Part shown: piece after piece, positions 39,613-48,899 of the stretch
Layout: each line of letters opens with the position of its first letter
Numbering within the stretch: the first letter of the stretch is position 1
Source of the DNA: an uncultured virus (IMG/VR IMGVR_UViG_3300020439_001801)
Taxonomy: Duplodnaviria; Heunggongvirae; Uroviricota; Caudoviricetes
Reading direction: 5' to 3' (one strand)
Length of the DNA stretch: 59,664 nucleotides
Virus record (IMG/VR): IMGVR_UViG_3300020439_001801
Position numbers and translations under genes: made by a program
The notes under the pieces: generated by a model
Database searches by the model: none
Told to the model about the DNA's origin: nothing
Seen by the model: only the letters and a program-made list of their open reading frames with translations

Positions 39613-40052
39613 AAAATTGATTTTCTATTTAGATTTATCTGTTTATTTTTATTATAAAGTATTATATTAGTTCCCTCACCTAAGTCAGTTTTGTGTGAAT
39701 TACTAACTGATTTATCAAACTCAGAACCCGAATCCCATCCGAATCTAATTACCATATACTCATTTGAAAAGTTTGGTACTGATGCTGGAAATGGGTCTTG
39801 ATAAAATATCTTTACTTCTTTATTTGAGTTTTCTTTTATGTATTCCAAATATTCTTTTTTTGGAAATTGTTCAGCATGTGGTTCATTTTCACTTCTACAA
39901 ACTAAAACAACTTTTTTATAATTTTCTTTATTTATCACATTTACTAATTCTTTTATGCTTGATTCTGTAGAAAAGTTATTAACAGAATATTTTGTTAATC
40001 CATCTTTTACTTTAGCAAATGTATATATAAATAAATTATCTAATAATCCCAT
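39609..40052 (-). CDS. Hypothetical protein
   Basis: 147 aa ORF in operon; contains IRFGWD..SEFD. Confidence 0.55.
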   Translation of the reverse strand: MGLLDNLFIYTFAKVKDGLTKYSVNNFSTESSIKELVNVINKENYKKVVLVCRSENEPHAEQFPKKEYLEYIKENSNKEVKIFYQDPFPASVPNFSNEYMVIRFGWDSGSEFDKSVSNSHKTDLGEGTNIILYNKNKQINLNRKSIL

Positions 40053-40717
40053 ACTATTTTTTCGGTATGCCTTTGTATAAAACTCTTTCCATTTCTTGCC
40101 TCAGCAGGATGTGGTAGTAAATCATATATTTCTATATTGTTGGTGTTTAAATACATATCAGCAGGTTCAATTCCATTTTGTAAATTATCAATCAACTTTT
40201 TTGCACCAGATGGATTTAAAAGATATGAATGAGCTCCATATAAACAACTCTCATAATCTCTTTTTAAAATACCATTTGGTTTATCTAACCATTCCAATCC
40301 TATACGTTTTCTATATTCATCAACTGGTAAGTTATCTTCATCATCCATCCAACTCGGAAATCCTAAATTTAATAAATCACCATCAAAATTTAACAATGTT
40401 TCTATATCTACATTTTTTGTAAAAAAAGAATCATTCTCTAATATAAGAAATTTTTTTGAATTATCCAAACATTTTTGCCATAAATTTAAATGAGAGAAAA
40501 AAGTTGCTATTTCCGAATCCAACATCCCTATACCAAATTTATGTATTTTGAGATTTAAATCTGAATCAATATACTTTTGCCATACAGAATATCTATCAGT
40601 ACCACTAAATAGTTTACCATCAATGTTTAGTTTATCTTTTAGATTACTAATACACCTCTCAGCTAAATCCATACTGTACTTTGATTTAGGTAACGTTATG
40701 ATATGTGCTTCAATCAT
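40040..40717 (-). CDS. Glycosyltransferase family 25-like
   Basis: SHLNLW, LILEND, GAHSYLLNPSGAKKL, PAD. Confidence 0.75.
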   Translation of the reverse strand: MIEAHIITLPKSKYSMDLAERCISNLKDKLNIDGKLFSGTDRYSVWQKYIDSDLNLKIHKFGIGMLDSEIATFFSHLNLWQKCLDNSKKFLILENDSFFTKNVDIETLLNFDGDLLNLGFPSWMDDEDNLPVDEYRKRIGLEWLDKPNGILKRDYESCLYGAHSYLLNPSGAKKLIDNLQNGIEPADMYLNTNNIEIYDLLPHPAEARNGKSFIQRHTEKIVWDY

Positions 40718-41597
40718 TTATTAAAGTTATATAATCTTCAACATCTTCTGTGAATGTTAAATTACTTTTTTGTTTTTTATAAGATAGTTTGTTTTCAGAA
40801 AACCCACCCTTTAAGTGTGTTACAAATTTTTTATCATTGTAATAGTACGTTCTTGTCGTGTTATCTGTTTCAAAGTTTGGGTTATCGTAGTATGGACCTA
40901 AATGTAAAAACTTTTTATTTTGATTTAAACATTTCAAAGTAGCTGAATGGTTTGAATCCCCATATTTCCAATCTACAAAATAATCATCGAAAAATTCTTT
41001 TCTACATAAAAAGAAATAACAATCAGCAAATCCAAGCTCTTTTGTTTTTATATAACCGCCATCGGAATATCCAACCTCAACATTATCCAATATACCATCG
41101 ATTACTTCTTTATTACCTAAATAACCAGATATACTTAATTTTTTATAATCAACTGAAATATACTCTAGTAAATCGTTTTCTAATGTGGATATAAGTGTAG
41201 GAATTAAATTATTATGATAATGTATATCATTATGTTGTAATATTATGTAATCTCCTTTAGCATTTTCTATACCTAAATTATAAGCCATCGATACCCACAT
41301 AGATAGATTTTTAAAATTATCTATTTTATATTTATCAAAATTGTTTTGGGATTTTAGTTCATTTTCAGAAAGATATTGCCACCCTTTTATAATTCTAAGA
41401 TTTGGCATTTTAATATTTGGAAAATTATTAGTATTATCAACTAATATAATTTCTTTATTTGAATCTAAAGTATTATTAATATTTTTTATACATTGTATTG
41501 TATTGTAAATATAATAACCTACATCTTGATTTGGCCAATTATGTAAGTTTACATCATTGTTGTATTTTACTGCAAATGGAATAATAATACTAATCAT
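40710..41597 (-). CDS. Glycosyltransferase family 2-like (GT-A)
   Basis: ISIIIP, EIILVDN, AYNLGIENAKGDYIILQHND. Confidence 0.75.
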   Translation of the reverse strand: MISIIIPFAVKYNNDVNLHNWPNQDVGYYIYNTIQCIKNINNTLDSNKEIILVDNTNNFPNIKMPNLRIIKGWQYLSENELKSQNNFDKYKIDNFKNLSMWVSMAYNLGIENAKGDYIILQHNDIHYHNNLIPTLISTLENDLLEYISVDYKKLSISGYLGNKEVIDGILDNVEVGYSDGGYIKTKELGFADCYFFLCRKEFFDDYFVDWKYGDSNHSATLKCLNQNKKFLHLGPYYDNPNFETDNTTRTYYYNDKKFVTHLKGGFSENKLSYKKQKSNLTFTEDVEDYITLIND

Positions 41598-42360
41598 GCT
41601 TTATGTTAAGATTTAGTTCTGTATTTTCGAAATAAATAGATGACCTACTTTTAGATTCAAACCTACCATTATCAAACCAATGTTCAGATTCCAATTCACC
41701 ATTAATATGATAAAATTTCCAATACCCATCTGGCTTATCGTTAATTAAATGACCTTCGGCTCTTAACTTTTTATTTGTAAAATATTCTGTATAATAATTT
41801 TTATAAATTTGAGTAGCTATACTATTAGTATTTGTATAATACTTTGTATGTTTAACTAAATAATTATCAACATAAATTTTCTTTTCTAAAGTTTTACCAA
41901 GATGTTTTTTTCTTAAAATCTTTATATTATTTTTTTGTAAAGTTGATTTGTAAATATTTTCTCTTTCAAAATATTCTTCAATTATTAAATTGTTCTTTTT
42001 ATATGAATGATATATTTTATATGGGAGTTCAGCTGAATAGTGTATTTCAGATTTTTCATCTATTCTTTTAATTAACACTCCATCATTATTGTATTCTAAT
42101 TTAACATCATCGGACTCACATTTATATATCTTTCCATTTTCATGATAATATCTTGCAACTCCATTAACTATTGTGGGTTGTCCTTTATTCCATTTTAGTA
42201 GAGCTTCTTTTTCTTTTTGAATTTGATTTTCTAAATTAGGATATTTAGATTTCCAATTTTCATATCGTTCCCACTCTGTATCATTTTCATACAATACAAC
42301 GTTGTACTTAGTATCTAAAATACAATCATCATTATACCAAAATTTTTGATATCTAGCCAT
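41590..42360 (-). CDS. MORN-variant repeat protein
   Basis: YYHENG and G.WKFYHINGEL..E repeats. Confidence 0.65.
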   Translation of the reverse strand: MARYQKFWYNDDCILDTKYNVVLYENDTEWERYENWKSKYPNLENQIQKEKEALLKWNKGQPTIVNGVARYYHENGKIYKCESDDVKLEYNNDGVLIKRIDEKSEIHYSAELPYKIYHSYKKNNLIIEEYFERENIYKSTLQKNNIKILRKKHLGKTLEKKIYVDNYLVKHTKYYTNTNSIATQIYKNYYTEYFTNKKLRAEGHLINDKPDGYWKFYHINGELESEHWFDNGRFESKSRSSIYFENTELNLNIKHD

Positions 42361-42499
42361 TTGTTACAAGTCCATAAATAATTGTAGCAACTAATGTAAT
42401 GAATAATCCAAGTAAAGACCATTCCATTATTTTGTAATTACTTTCTGTTTGTTTAGGACTTCTACCTTGATTACTTCTATATTGTCTTTTTTTACTCAT
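42353..42499 (-). CDS. Small membrane protein, 48 aa
   Basis: MSKKRQYRSNQGRSPKQ...WSLLGLFITLVATIIYGLVTNG*; fills the gap, overlapping both neighbours. Confidence 0.65.
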   Translation of the reverse strand: MSKKRQYRSNQGRSPKQTESNYKIMEWSLLGLFITLVATIIYGLVTNG

Positions 42500-43439
42500 A
42501 GCTTGATGTATTTAATAATCCACTATACTCACATCTATTAGAATTAATAAATGGAAGTATCGATAATTCTTTTGCCTTAGCTTCTACCATAACATCTACA
42601 TCGTTACCATACAAATCAGGTAAGTCATTGATGTAATCAGAATGAGCTTGGGGTTTTAGAGATTCATTACCTTCGTGTAATGCTTTTGATTCTGAATAGT
42701 GAACAATTGGTTTGATACCCTCAGGCCAAGTAGAGATTGCTAACTCCAATGCTTCTTGCTCTGATAAATCACCTGTACAAAATTTGTGGTGATGATAATC
42801 AAACACAATAGGAATACCAATACGTTCATGTATGTACATCAAATCTTTTACTGAGTACATAGATGCTTTATCATCATTCTCAACAGTCAAACGAGTCTGA
42901 ACTGATTCAGGTAGTAATTCAAAGTTCTTACAGAATCTATCCATAGCTGATTGTTTATCCCCATATACACCATTACAATGGATATTGATTTTGTTATATG
43001 GTGAACGTTCTAAACCTAACATATCGAATATTTCACCATGTATTCTCAAATCAGTAATTGTATTATCAACTACGTGTTTGTGTGGTGATACCAATACATT
43101 GAATGGACCAGGATGACAAGTCAACCTCATACCATTTGATTTAGCGTAGTGACCAGCACCAGCTAATAAAGTTTTGATTCTAAGATATTGTGGTAAATCT
43201 TCGAACTTATATTCTGATGCCCACGGAAAAAACTCCGATGATAATCGGAATACTTTGATTCCGTTTTCTACATTCCATCTAAGGATTCTACCTAAATCGG
43301 CAGCGTTTAACATACCTAACTCACCAGCATAATCAACACCCTTTTCAGTAAAGGTTTTTTTAATCATACTACGATTGGTTGTAACTTTTGGTTTCTGACC
43401 TGATAAGGTCATATTAATACATGCGTATCCTAAATTCAT
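42492..43439 (-). CDS. uvsE: UV DNA damage endonuclease
   Basis: LGYACIN, FRLSS, HPGPF, ENDD, FDYHHH, HYSES, AHSD, EAKAKE. Confidence 0.92.
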   Translation of the reverse strand: MNLGYACINMTLSGQKPKVTTNRSMIKKTFTEKGVDYAGELGMLNAADLGRILRWNVENGIKVFRLSSEFFPWASEYKFEDLPQYLRIKTLLAGAGHYAKSNGMRLTCHPGPFNVLVSPHKHVVDNTITDLRIHGEIFDMLGLERSPYNKINIHCNGVYGDKQSAMDRFCKNFELLPESVQTRLTVENDDKASMYSVKDLMYIHERIGIPIVFDYHHHKFCTGDLSEQEALELAISTWPEGIKPIVHYSESKALHEGNESLKPQAHSDYINDLPDLYGNDVDVMVEAKAKELSILPFINSNRCEYSGLLNTSSYE

Positions 43440-43458
43440 AAATCTAATATTTGTATAT

Positions 43459-43490
43459 CAAATATACGAAAAATATTTTAAATATCCAAA
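43459..43490 (-). promoter_or_regulatory. Bacteroidota-type promoter upstream of uvsE
   Basis: Sense TTTGGATATTTAAAATATTTTTCGTATATTTG, an exact TTTG-N20-TAnnTTTG match. Confidence 0.75.
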
Positions 43491-43494
43491 TTTT

Positions 43495-44616
43495 TTAGTA
43501 AGTTTTTTCAGTAAAGTTATCTGGATATCTTTTATCTTTTATATTCTTTATCCAATATTGAACTGCTTTGGGGTCGTTCTGCCAACTCTTTTTATCGTTC
43601 CAATCAAAATTAGGATGTGTATATAATCTGATATCTGCCTTAGTAAGTGTAATGGGTTTTTCAGGTGGTTTAAATCCTCTTGCCTCATCTGGTAGTGAAG
43701 GGTCTGCCATCATTTCTTCATCTTCCCAGTCTGTATATTTAGCTTGTTCCTCTAAAGTTGCTCCTTCTTCGGGTACTTCATCATATAACTCTCTCTTACG
43801 AATTACTTTCTGTTTATCTACAATACCCCTATCAACTTGTAAAGCATTGTTAAAAGCAACTACAAGCGCTACTGCTAGCGGGTCAAATACAAAGATAATA
43901 ATTAAGATTAACCAATTAATAATTCTATCCATACCATATCCAGTCAATCCACTTAGATATTGTAGTGGACCTAATTCAGAACCAGCTTCCAAATCTGTAT
44001 CTAAATCTAAAATCTTTAATTGTATAGATTGTAGTGAATCTGCTGCTACTTCTCTTTTCGCTTGAACACCTTTTCTATTTTCTTCCTCAACGGATATACG
44101 ATTTTGAGCCAAACGAAGTTCTGCAGTGGAGATTGTGGTTCTAACACCGCCCACAACCGATGTGTCCCGTACTTGGATTGATTGTGATTTAGCATTGGAA
44201 AGAGTACTAATGTTATTAGATATTCTTTCAAGTTCCTCATCATATCTCGCAACATCATCAGCGTAGAACTTTTCTTTTTGTTGTAAGAATGTTTTTTGTT
44301 TTTCATTTGCTGAGAACATATTAAAGGTATCTTGGAATGCTGCTGTTAAGAATCCATAGATACCAAGTGAAGTGATTAGTACAAGTATCAATACACCTGA
44401 TACTAAGTACCATCTAAATACTCTGTTTATCTTTTCCCAATAATTGTAAAGATAACCAGCGGTAATAAGTTTTGCTAATTCTAATGAACTAGCCATTAAC
44501 ATTACTGAGAGGGAAGCACCAGCAAATAATTTCGATAATCCACTAACCGAAAAAAAAGCAGCATTAAAAGCAACAAATAATGCTGATAATCCCAATAAGA
44601 ATGTTCTGAATTTCAT
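43495..44616 (-). CDS. Membrane protein with coiled-coil domain
   Basis: Three N-terminal TM segments, coiled coil, TM helix ending IFVFDPLA, acidic tail. Confidence 0.7.
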   Translation of the reverse strand: MKFRTFLLGLSALFVAFNAAFFSVSGLSKLFAGASLSVMLMASSLELAKLITAGYLYNYWEKINRVFRWYLVSGVLILVLITSLGIYGFLTAAFQDTFNMFSANEKQKTFLQQKEKFYADDVARYDEELERISNNISTLSNAKSQSIQVRDTSVVGGVRTTISTAELRLAQNRISVEEENRKGVQAKREVAADSLQSIQLKILDLDTDLEAGSELGPLQYLSGLTGYGMDRIINWLILIIIFVFDPLAVALVVAFNNALQVDRGIVDKQKVIRKRELYDEVPEEGATLEEQAKYTDWEDEEMMADPSLPDEARGFKPPEKPITLTKADIRLYTHPNFDWNDKKSWQNDPKAVQYWIKNIKDKRYPDNFTEKTY

Positions 44617-44795
44617 TACGAAATATCCACCAAATCCTTTACTTTCGTATTTAGGTTGAGAATTTCTTGAGTCAATCGTTGAGCCATATTAGGGTCTACT
44701 TTCTGTGCTCCAGTAATTCCCTTTTCTAATAACTTAGCTCTACTTTCGATTCCTTCGATGAAGGAATAAGCTTTGAGTTTTCTTGCTTCGTTCAT
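44616..44795 (-). CDS. Small hypothetical protein, 59 aa
   Basis: MNEARKLKAYSFIEG...DLVDIS*; TAATG coupling to the next gene; late motif upstream. Confidence 0.65.
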   Translation of the reverse strand: MNEARKLKAYSFIEGIESRAKLLEKGITGAQKVDPNMAQRLTQEILNLNTKVKDLVDIS

Positions 44796-44820
44796 AACTT
44801 GATATATTTTGTTTTACTTA

Positions 44821-44828
44821 TATAAATA
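44821..44828 (-). promoter_or_regulatory. Putative late promoter motif TATTTATA
   Basis: Just downstream of the terminator, upstream of ATG 44795. Confidence 0.55.
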
Positions 44829-44838
44829 TTGAATATAC

Positions 44839-44864
44839 AAAAAAAGGGGAGAAAACTCCCCTTT
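44839..44864 (-). terminator. Rho-independent terminator after Hsp20
   Basis: AAAGGGGAG / CTCCCCTTT stem, 4-nt loop, T tract on the minus strand. Confidence 0.8.
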
Positions 44865-44884
44865 CTTATCTACTACGTTTGTTA

Positions 44885-45271
44885 CTAATAAGATATTTTA
44901 AGAGATTTACTTTTCTTATCAGCTTTCTTATCAATTAGGAGAGTAAGTAGACCATTTTCAAACTTAGCTTCTGTTTTAGTACCATCATAATCAGTACCCA
45001 CCGTAAGTGTCAAATCGATATCAGAAACAAAGCGTGAACTTTTCTCATCCTTCTTAGATACAATTTTGATTTCAGTTTCCGTAACATCAACTTTGATATC
45101 TTTAGGATTGTGTCCTGTAGTATTAATTGTAACCTTTTGCTTTCCATTTTCTAAAACATCTACATCAAAGTTTCTGTGTGCTTCTGTGTAAGATTTTCTG
45201 CTTCTTTTGAAAATTGGTTCATTGAAGAATACATCATCAATTAAATCGTTAAAAGTTGTAATTGTGTACAT
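44885..45271 (-). CDS. Small heat-shock protein (Hsp20)
   Basis: G..PKDIKVDV and AKFENGLLTL alpha-crystallin motifs; C-terminal LKI. Confidence 0.85.
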   Translation of the reverse strand: MYTITTFNDLIDDVFFNEPIFKRSRKSYTEAHRNFDVDVLENGKQKVTINTTGHNPKDIKVDVTETEIKIVSKKDEKSSRFVSDIDLTLTVGTDYDGTKTEAKFENGLLTLLIDKKADKKSKSLKISY

Positions 45272-45338
45272 AGTTTTTTCCTTTTTTTATTTTAAACATT
45301 TACTTCTATTAGTACCAAATGCGTACCATTCCTAAAAG

Positions 45339-45387
45339 TATGACATTTTGTCAGGTTTTTTTAGAAACCACCTGACATTTTGTCATA
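45339..45387. promoter_or_regulatory. Paired palindromic operator TGACA-N3-TGTCA upstream of Hsp20
   Basis: TGACATTTTGTCA at 45341-45353 and again at 45373-45385. Confidence 0.6.
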
Positions 45388-46044
45388 TATTCCATTTTTA
45401 ATTCTATATTCTGAGTTTTCTTGTCGAGTACTCATACAATCAGCCCAATGAAGAATATATGGTAAATCTGTTTTAAGTTGGAAATCTTCGTTGTAAGATA
45501 TCCAATATTTCTTAGTTGCTTCATTGTACAACCCATCAGCCATCATAATACCTAATTGTTCTTTTTGAGTATATGAGATTCCGTATTTGTTAAGTAGATA
45601 AAATGCTCTATCTGTAACATCAAAGTATTGTAACTTTGGATTATGTACAAAGAATTCTTTTTTATTCTTCTGATGCCACTCTGATGTTTGTGGTATATAA
45701 TAAGGTTCTACACCATCTCCTAATTTACCTAAGTCGTGATGGAAAGCTGCGAAGAACATTTCCTCATCAGTAAAGTTAATAAACCCACCACCTTCTTCAT
45801 AAAGTTTCTTTATCTTATGTGCGTTTCTTGCTACATTTAGTATATGGTCGATGTAACCACCAACATAAGCATTATGAAAATTAAGTTTACCACTAGCAGG
45901 TGCAACTGCTAATTCTTGTCCTAATTCATTTTCAGAATACATATGTAATAGTTTTTCCAATCTCTCTCCCTTAAATACTTTTTTAAGAGCATCTATGAAT
46001 TTATCATAGTTTTGTTGTAATTGTTCTGCGGTATAATTTTTCAT
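45361..46044 (-). CDS. HD-domain phosphohydrolase
   Basis: APAS...HNAYVGGYIDH, HHDLGKLG, LHWAD. Confidence 0.8.
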   Translation of the reverse strand: MKNYTAEQLQQNYDKFIDALKKVFKGERLEKLLHMYSENELGQELAVAPASGKLNFHNAYVGGYIDHILNVARNAHKIKKLYEEGGGFINFTDEEMFFAAFHHDLGKLGDGVEPYYIPQTSEWHQKNKKEFFVHNPKLQYFDVTDRAFYLLNKYGISYTQKEQLGIMMADGLYNEATKKYWISYNEDFQLKTDLPYILHWADCMSTRQENSEYRIKNGIYDKMSGGF

Positions 46045-46355
46045 TTATAAATTGATTTACGTGTTAGTGTTTTATATAATACTTCTATTTCTTCTTCAGT
46101 TGTACATTGTCCTAATCCATTACAATCTAATAGTTGAACAACATAACAACCTTTTTCGATTCCTCTTATTTTATCTACATTTGTTGTAGATATTAGTTGT
46201 AACCCATATGGGTCTCTACTTTGTTTTGGTAGGTTAAGTGTGTACTGATATACTTCTTCCATCTCATTATCAGAATCATACTCTTTTTTCCAACCTTGCT
46301 TTTTAAATGTTTCCTCTGTTATTGGTGTTTGAGGAAATTGTACTGGTCCTTTCAT
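46041..46355 (-). CDS. Hypothetical protein
   Basis: 104 aa ORF with overlapping start/stop. Confidence 0.6.
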   Translation of the reverse strand: MKGPVQFPQTPITEETFKKQGWKKEYDSDNEMEEVYQYTLNLPKQSRDPYGLQLISTTNVDKIRGIEKGCYVVQLLDCNGLGQCTTEEEIEVLYKTLTRKSIYK

Positions 46356-46777
46356 TCTAAAACAAATTTAATTGTATCACTTACTAAGTGCTCTCTTATT
46401 GTACCTGTTAGTATAAGAGTATCTCCAACCATTGTTTGTACAGGTCCGATTACATTCATAACTTTACCATCAATAACATATGAAGCTGGGTTAGCAGTTG
46501 TTACTTCCCATTCATTCTGTAAATACCAAGTTAAGTTACTATTCCATTCTACTTTCATTGGTTCATCCCAATCAGTAGTGTTACCAACAGTACCACTTAT
46601 CGCATGAATTGTTTGATGAACATCTTGTCGAAGTTCTAATCGATAGTACCCATTATTATCTATAGGTAATCTACCATCTAATTCTAATGTAGGTTCAAGC
46701 CGAATAATATCATCATCCGTTACATCACAAGATAATAATAGTAATCCTACAATAAATAATCTAATATACTTTTCCAT
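46352..46777 (-). CDS. Putative lipoprotein
   Basis: MEKYIR + hydrophobic core + LLSC lipobox, followed by DVTDDD. Confidence 0.7.
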   Translation of the reverse strand: MEKYIRLFIVGLLLLSCDVTDDDIIRLEPTLELDGRLPIDNNGYYRLELRQDVHQTIHAISGTVGNTTDWDEPMKVEWNSNLTWYLQNEWEVTTANPASYVIDGKVMNVIGPVQTMVGDTLILTGTIREHLVSDTIKFVLE

Positions 46778-47232
46778 GTCGGAAATTCATTTGGTTTGTT
46801 ATCGTTTTCCCAATCGTTACCGAATCTCAAAAGTTTACCTTTGAAATCACCAGCTCCATTCTTCAATCTATCATCGATTAGATAATCACCCATTAAGTGA
46901 CCTTTGTGGTGAGTTGTTACAATTTTTTTGTGGAATATGTGAGGAAAGTAATCCTCTATCCAATATCTTTTATCAGTAAGTGATTGTGGGTTACCCCAAG
47001 GTGCTGAGGTAGCTATGAACATATCATACTTACCACTATTGTGTAGTTTGTTAATAGCATCGATAGCTCCATCTATAGGAGGTGGGTTTCTAAAGATACC
47101 TGGTATGTGGTCAGGACAATCTTTGAACTTATCTTTTAGATGTGGATGTGTATCTAAGAAGTTAGTGATAGCTTTGTTGAAATCAACTAACACACCATCC
47201 ATATCTATATAAAGTATTTTTTTATCTATCAT
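46747..47232 (-). CDS. 5'(3')-deoxyribonucleotidase (NT5C, HAD family)
   Basis: IDMDGVLVDF, ATSAPW, K..W, LIDDR. Confidence 0.88.
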   Translation of the reverse strand: MIDKKILYIDMDGVLVDFNKAITNFLDTHPHLKDKFKDCPDHIPGIFRNPPPIDGAIDAINKLHNSGKYDMFIATSAPWGNPQSLTDKRYWIEDYFPHIFHKKIVTTHHKGHLMGDYLIDDRLKNGAGDFKGKLLRFGNDWENDNKPNEFPTWKSILDYLL

Positions 47233-47249
47233 ATCATCATTTTACATTG

Positions 47250-47281
47250 TAAATATACGAAAAATATTTGATATAACCAAA
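47250..47281 (-). promoter_or_regulatory. Bacteroidota-type promoter
   Basis: Sense TTTGGTTATATCAAATATTTTTCGTATATTTA. Confidence 0.7.
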
Positions 47282-47297
47282 TATTTTTTAAGTTTTT

Positions 47298-47483
47298 TTA
47301 CTTACAATGGCTTCTAAATCCTAAAATTGGTTTGTGATTTACCTTATCGATTATAGTTTTCAACATAACTTCTCTGTTATGAATCATACCTTTTGTAAGG
47401 TTAAGAGTTTCTAAGTCATATTCGTTTTCTACCCAATCCATAAAAAGATAGGTAAGTAGTTTAGATTTTATTTTGTTTATCAT
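47298..47483 (-). CDS. Small hypothetical protein
   Basis: 61 aa ORF with its own promoter copy. Confidence 0.6.
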   Translation of the reverse strand: MINKIKSKLLTYLFMDWVENEYDLETLNLTKGMIHNREVMLKTIIDKVNHKPILGFRSHCK

Positions 47484-47502
47484 ATCTTAATTATTTACAT
47501 AG

Positions 47503-47534
47503 TAAATATACGAAAAAAATATGATATATCCAAG
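47503..47534 (-). promoter_or_regulatory. Bacteroidota-type promoter
   Basis: Sense CTTGGATATATCATATTTTTTTCGTATATTTA. Confidence 0.65.
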
Positions 47535-47550
47535 GAAAAAGTCAATTATT

Positions 47551-48234
47551 TTATATTAAATCTTTACTTTCTCTTCTGTATTTTTTTGATGGGTCTAAGA
47601 AATCTAATAACTCAAATGGGTCTATATCTTCTAAATTCCATTTGTTTATTATTTCAAATGCTTCCATTCTATCTTCACCATAAAGTTTTTCATAATAGGT
47701 TATTGGAATATTTAATTCTTCACCAATACCAGCTATGATTTTCTTTTGTTCTTTTAATGTATCATCTAACTTTTTTTCATAAGCCCATTCGTAATCTTTG
47801 TTGGTTAATGAATCAGGTGTCCAATGCCCATGTGGATTAAATTTATCCTGATGTGATGTATGAATATCGATACCAACTGAGGTGTTGTATTCCCACTTAT
47901 TTCGTAACAATCTATGTAAATTAATAAAGCTTTCCCAGTGAGATTCCCATATTAATCTATCTAATAATATAACTTTATCAAAGTGAGAACAAAATTCTAC
48001 TCCAAAGTCTATTGGGTCTGTTGCTTGTTTTTCTTTTGGTACTTGGTATGCAAGTGTTTTTACTACTATCTTTTCGTATTCACTTACTTCTTTTAGTGGA
48101 TATTTATTTTTTTCTTTATGAGAACCAATATTATAGTTATATGGCTCACCTTTAGAAAAGTAATTTTGTTTACCAATACCTTTTATTAGTGAAGTTGTTC
48201 CACTTCTCGGTGTACCAATTATTAATATTTTCAT
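47551..48234 (-). CDS. Sulfotransferase-like protein
   Basis: IIGTPRSGTTSL 5'-PSB loop, EP, R......S, ITYYEKL. Confidence 0.65.
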   Translation of the reverse strand: MKILIIGTPRSGTTSLIKGIGKQNYFSKGEPYNYNIGSHKEKNKYPLKEVSEYEKIVVKTLAYQVPKEKQATDPIDFGVEFCSHFDKVILLDRLIWESHWESFINLHRLLRNKWEYNTSVGIDIHTSHQDKFNPHGHWTPDSLTNKDYEWAYEKKLDDTLKEQKKIIAGIGEELNIPITYYEKLYGEDRMEAFEIINKWNLEDIDPFELLDFLDPSKKYRRESKDLI

Positions 48235-48899
48235 GCGTATTGTTGTAACAACCTAAGTATCTCATCTAACGCTTCGTGTCTATGATTATCTAAAAGTGTA
48301 ATCGCATATGCATATTGTGATTCTTTTACCTTTGGTACTTCATGTATTGCAGAATCATTTGGAAACTTTAAATCAATCTGTTGTGGGTCACCAGTAAGAA
48401 TCATAGTTGATTTCTTTCCTAATCTACCCAACACCATTCCAAGTTGTTGTTTCGTTAAGTTTTGAAACTCATCTACAATTACACAAGCGTTATCAAAGGT
48501 TCTACCTCTGAAGTGAGATAGTGATACCAACTCAATACTTTCCTCTGATTCCATCTTCTGTAATATGTTTGGTTTATTATAAACCTTTCTCATATTAGAA
48601 CGAATCGGTACTAACCAAGGTTCCATCTTTTCATCTAATGAACCTGGTAGGTATCCATTATCTTCGTTTGATACTGTTGGTCTTGTTATTATGATTTGAT
48701 TTATTTTTCTTTGAAAAAACATATCTAATGCTATCTGTACTGCAAGAAGTGTTTTACCACTACCTGCCTTACCCATAATAAAATTATATGGGTGATATAA
48801 CACATTTGTTTTTGCCATCTTTTGCTCTTCCGATAGTGTTATCGAAAATCTTACTTTACCTTTTGGTGGTACTTTGTTAATATTCTCTGCCATAATCAT
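48231..48899 (-). CDS. phoH: PhoH-family ATPase
   Basis: GKAGSGKT, ITRP, GYLPG, RGRTF, DEFQN, GDPQQIDL, HRH. Confidence 0.92.
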   Translation of the reverse strand: MIMAENINKVPPKGKVRFSITLSEEQKMAKTNVLYHPYNFIMGKAGSGKTLLAVQIALDMFFQRKINQIIITRPTVSNEDNGYLPGSLDEKMEPWLVPIRSNMRKVYNKPNILQKMESEESIELVSLSHFRGRTFDNACVIVDEFQNLTKQQLGMVLGRLGKKSTMILTGDPQQIDLKFPNDSAIHEVPKVKESQYAYAITLLDNHRHEALDEILRLLQQYA

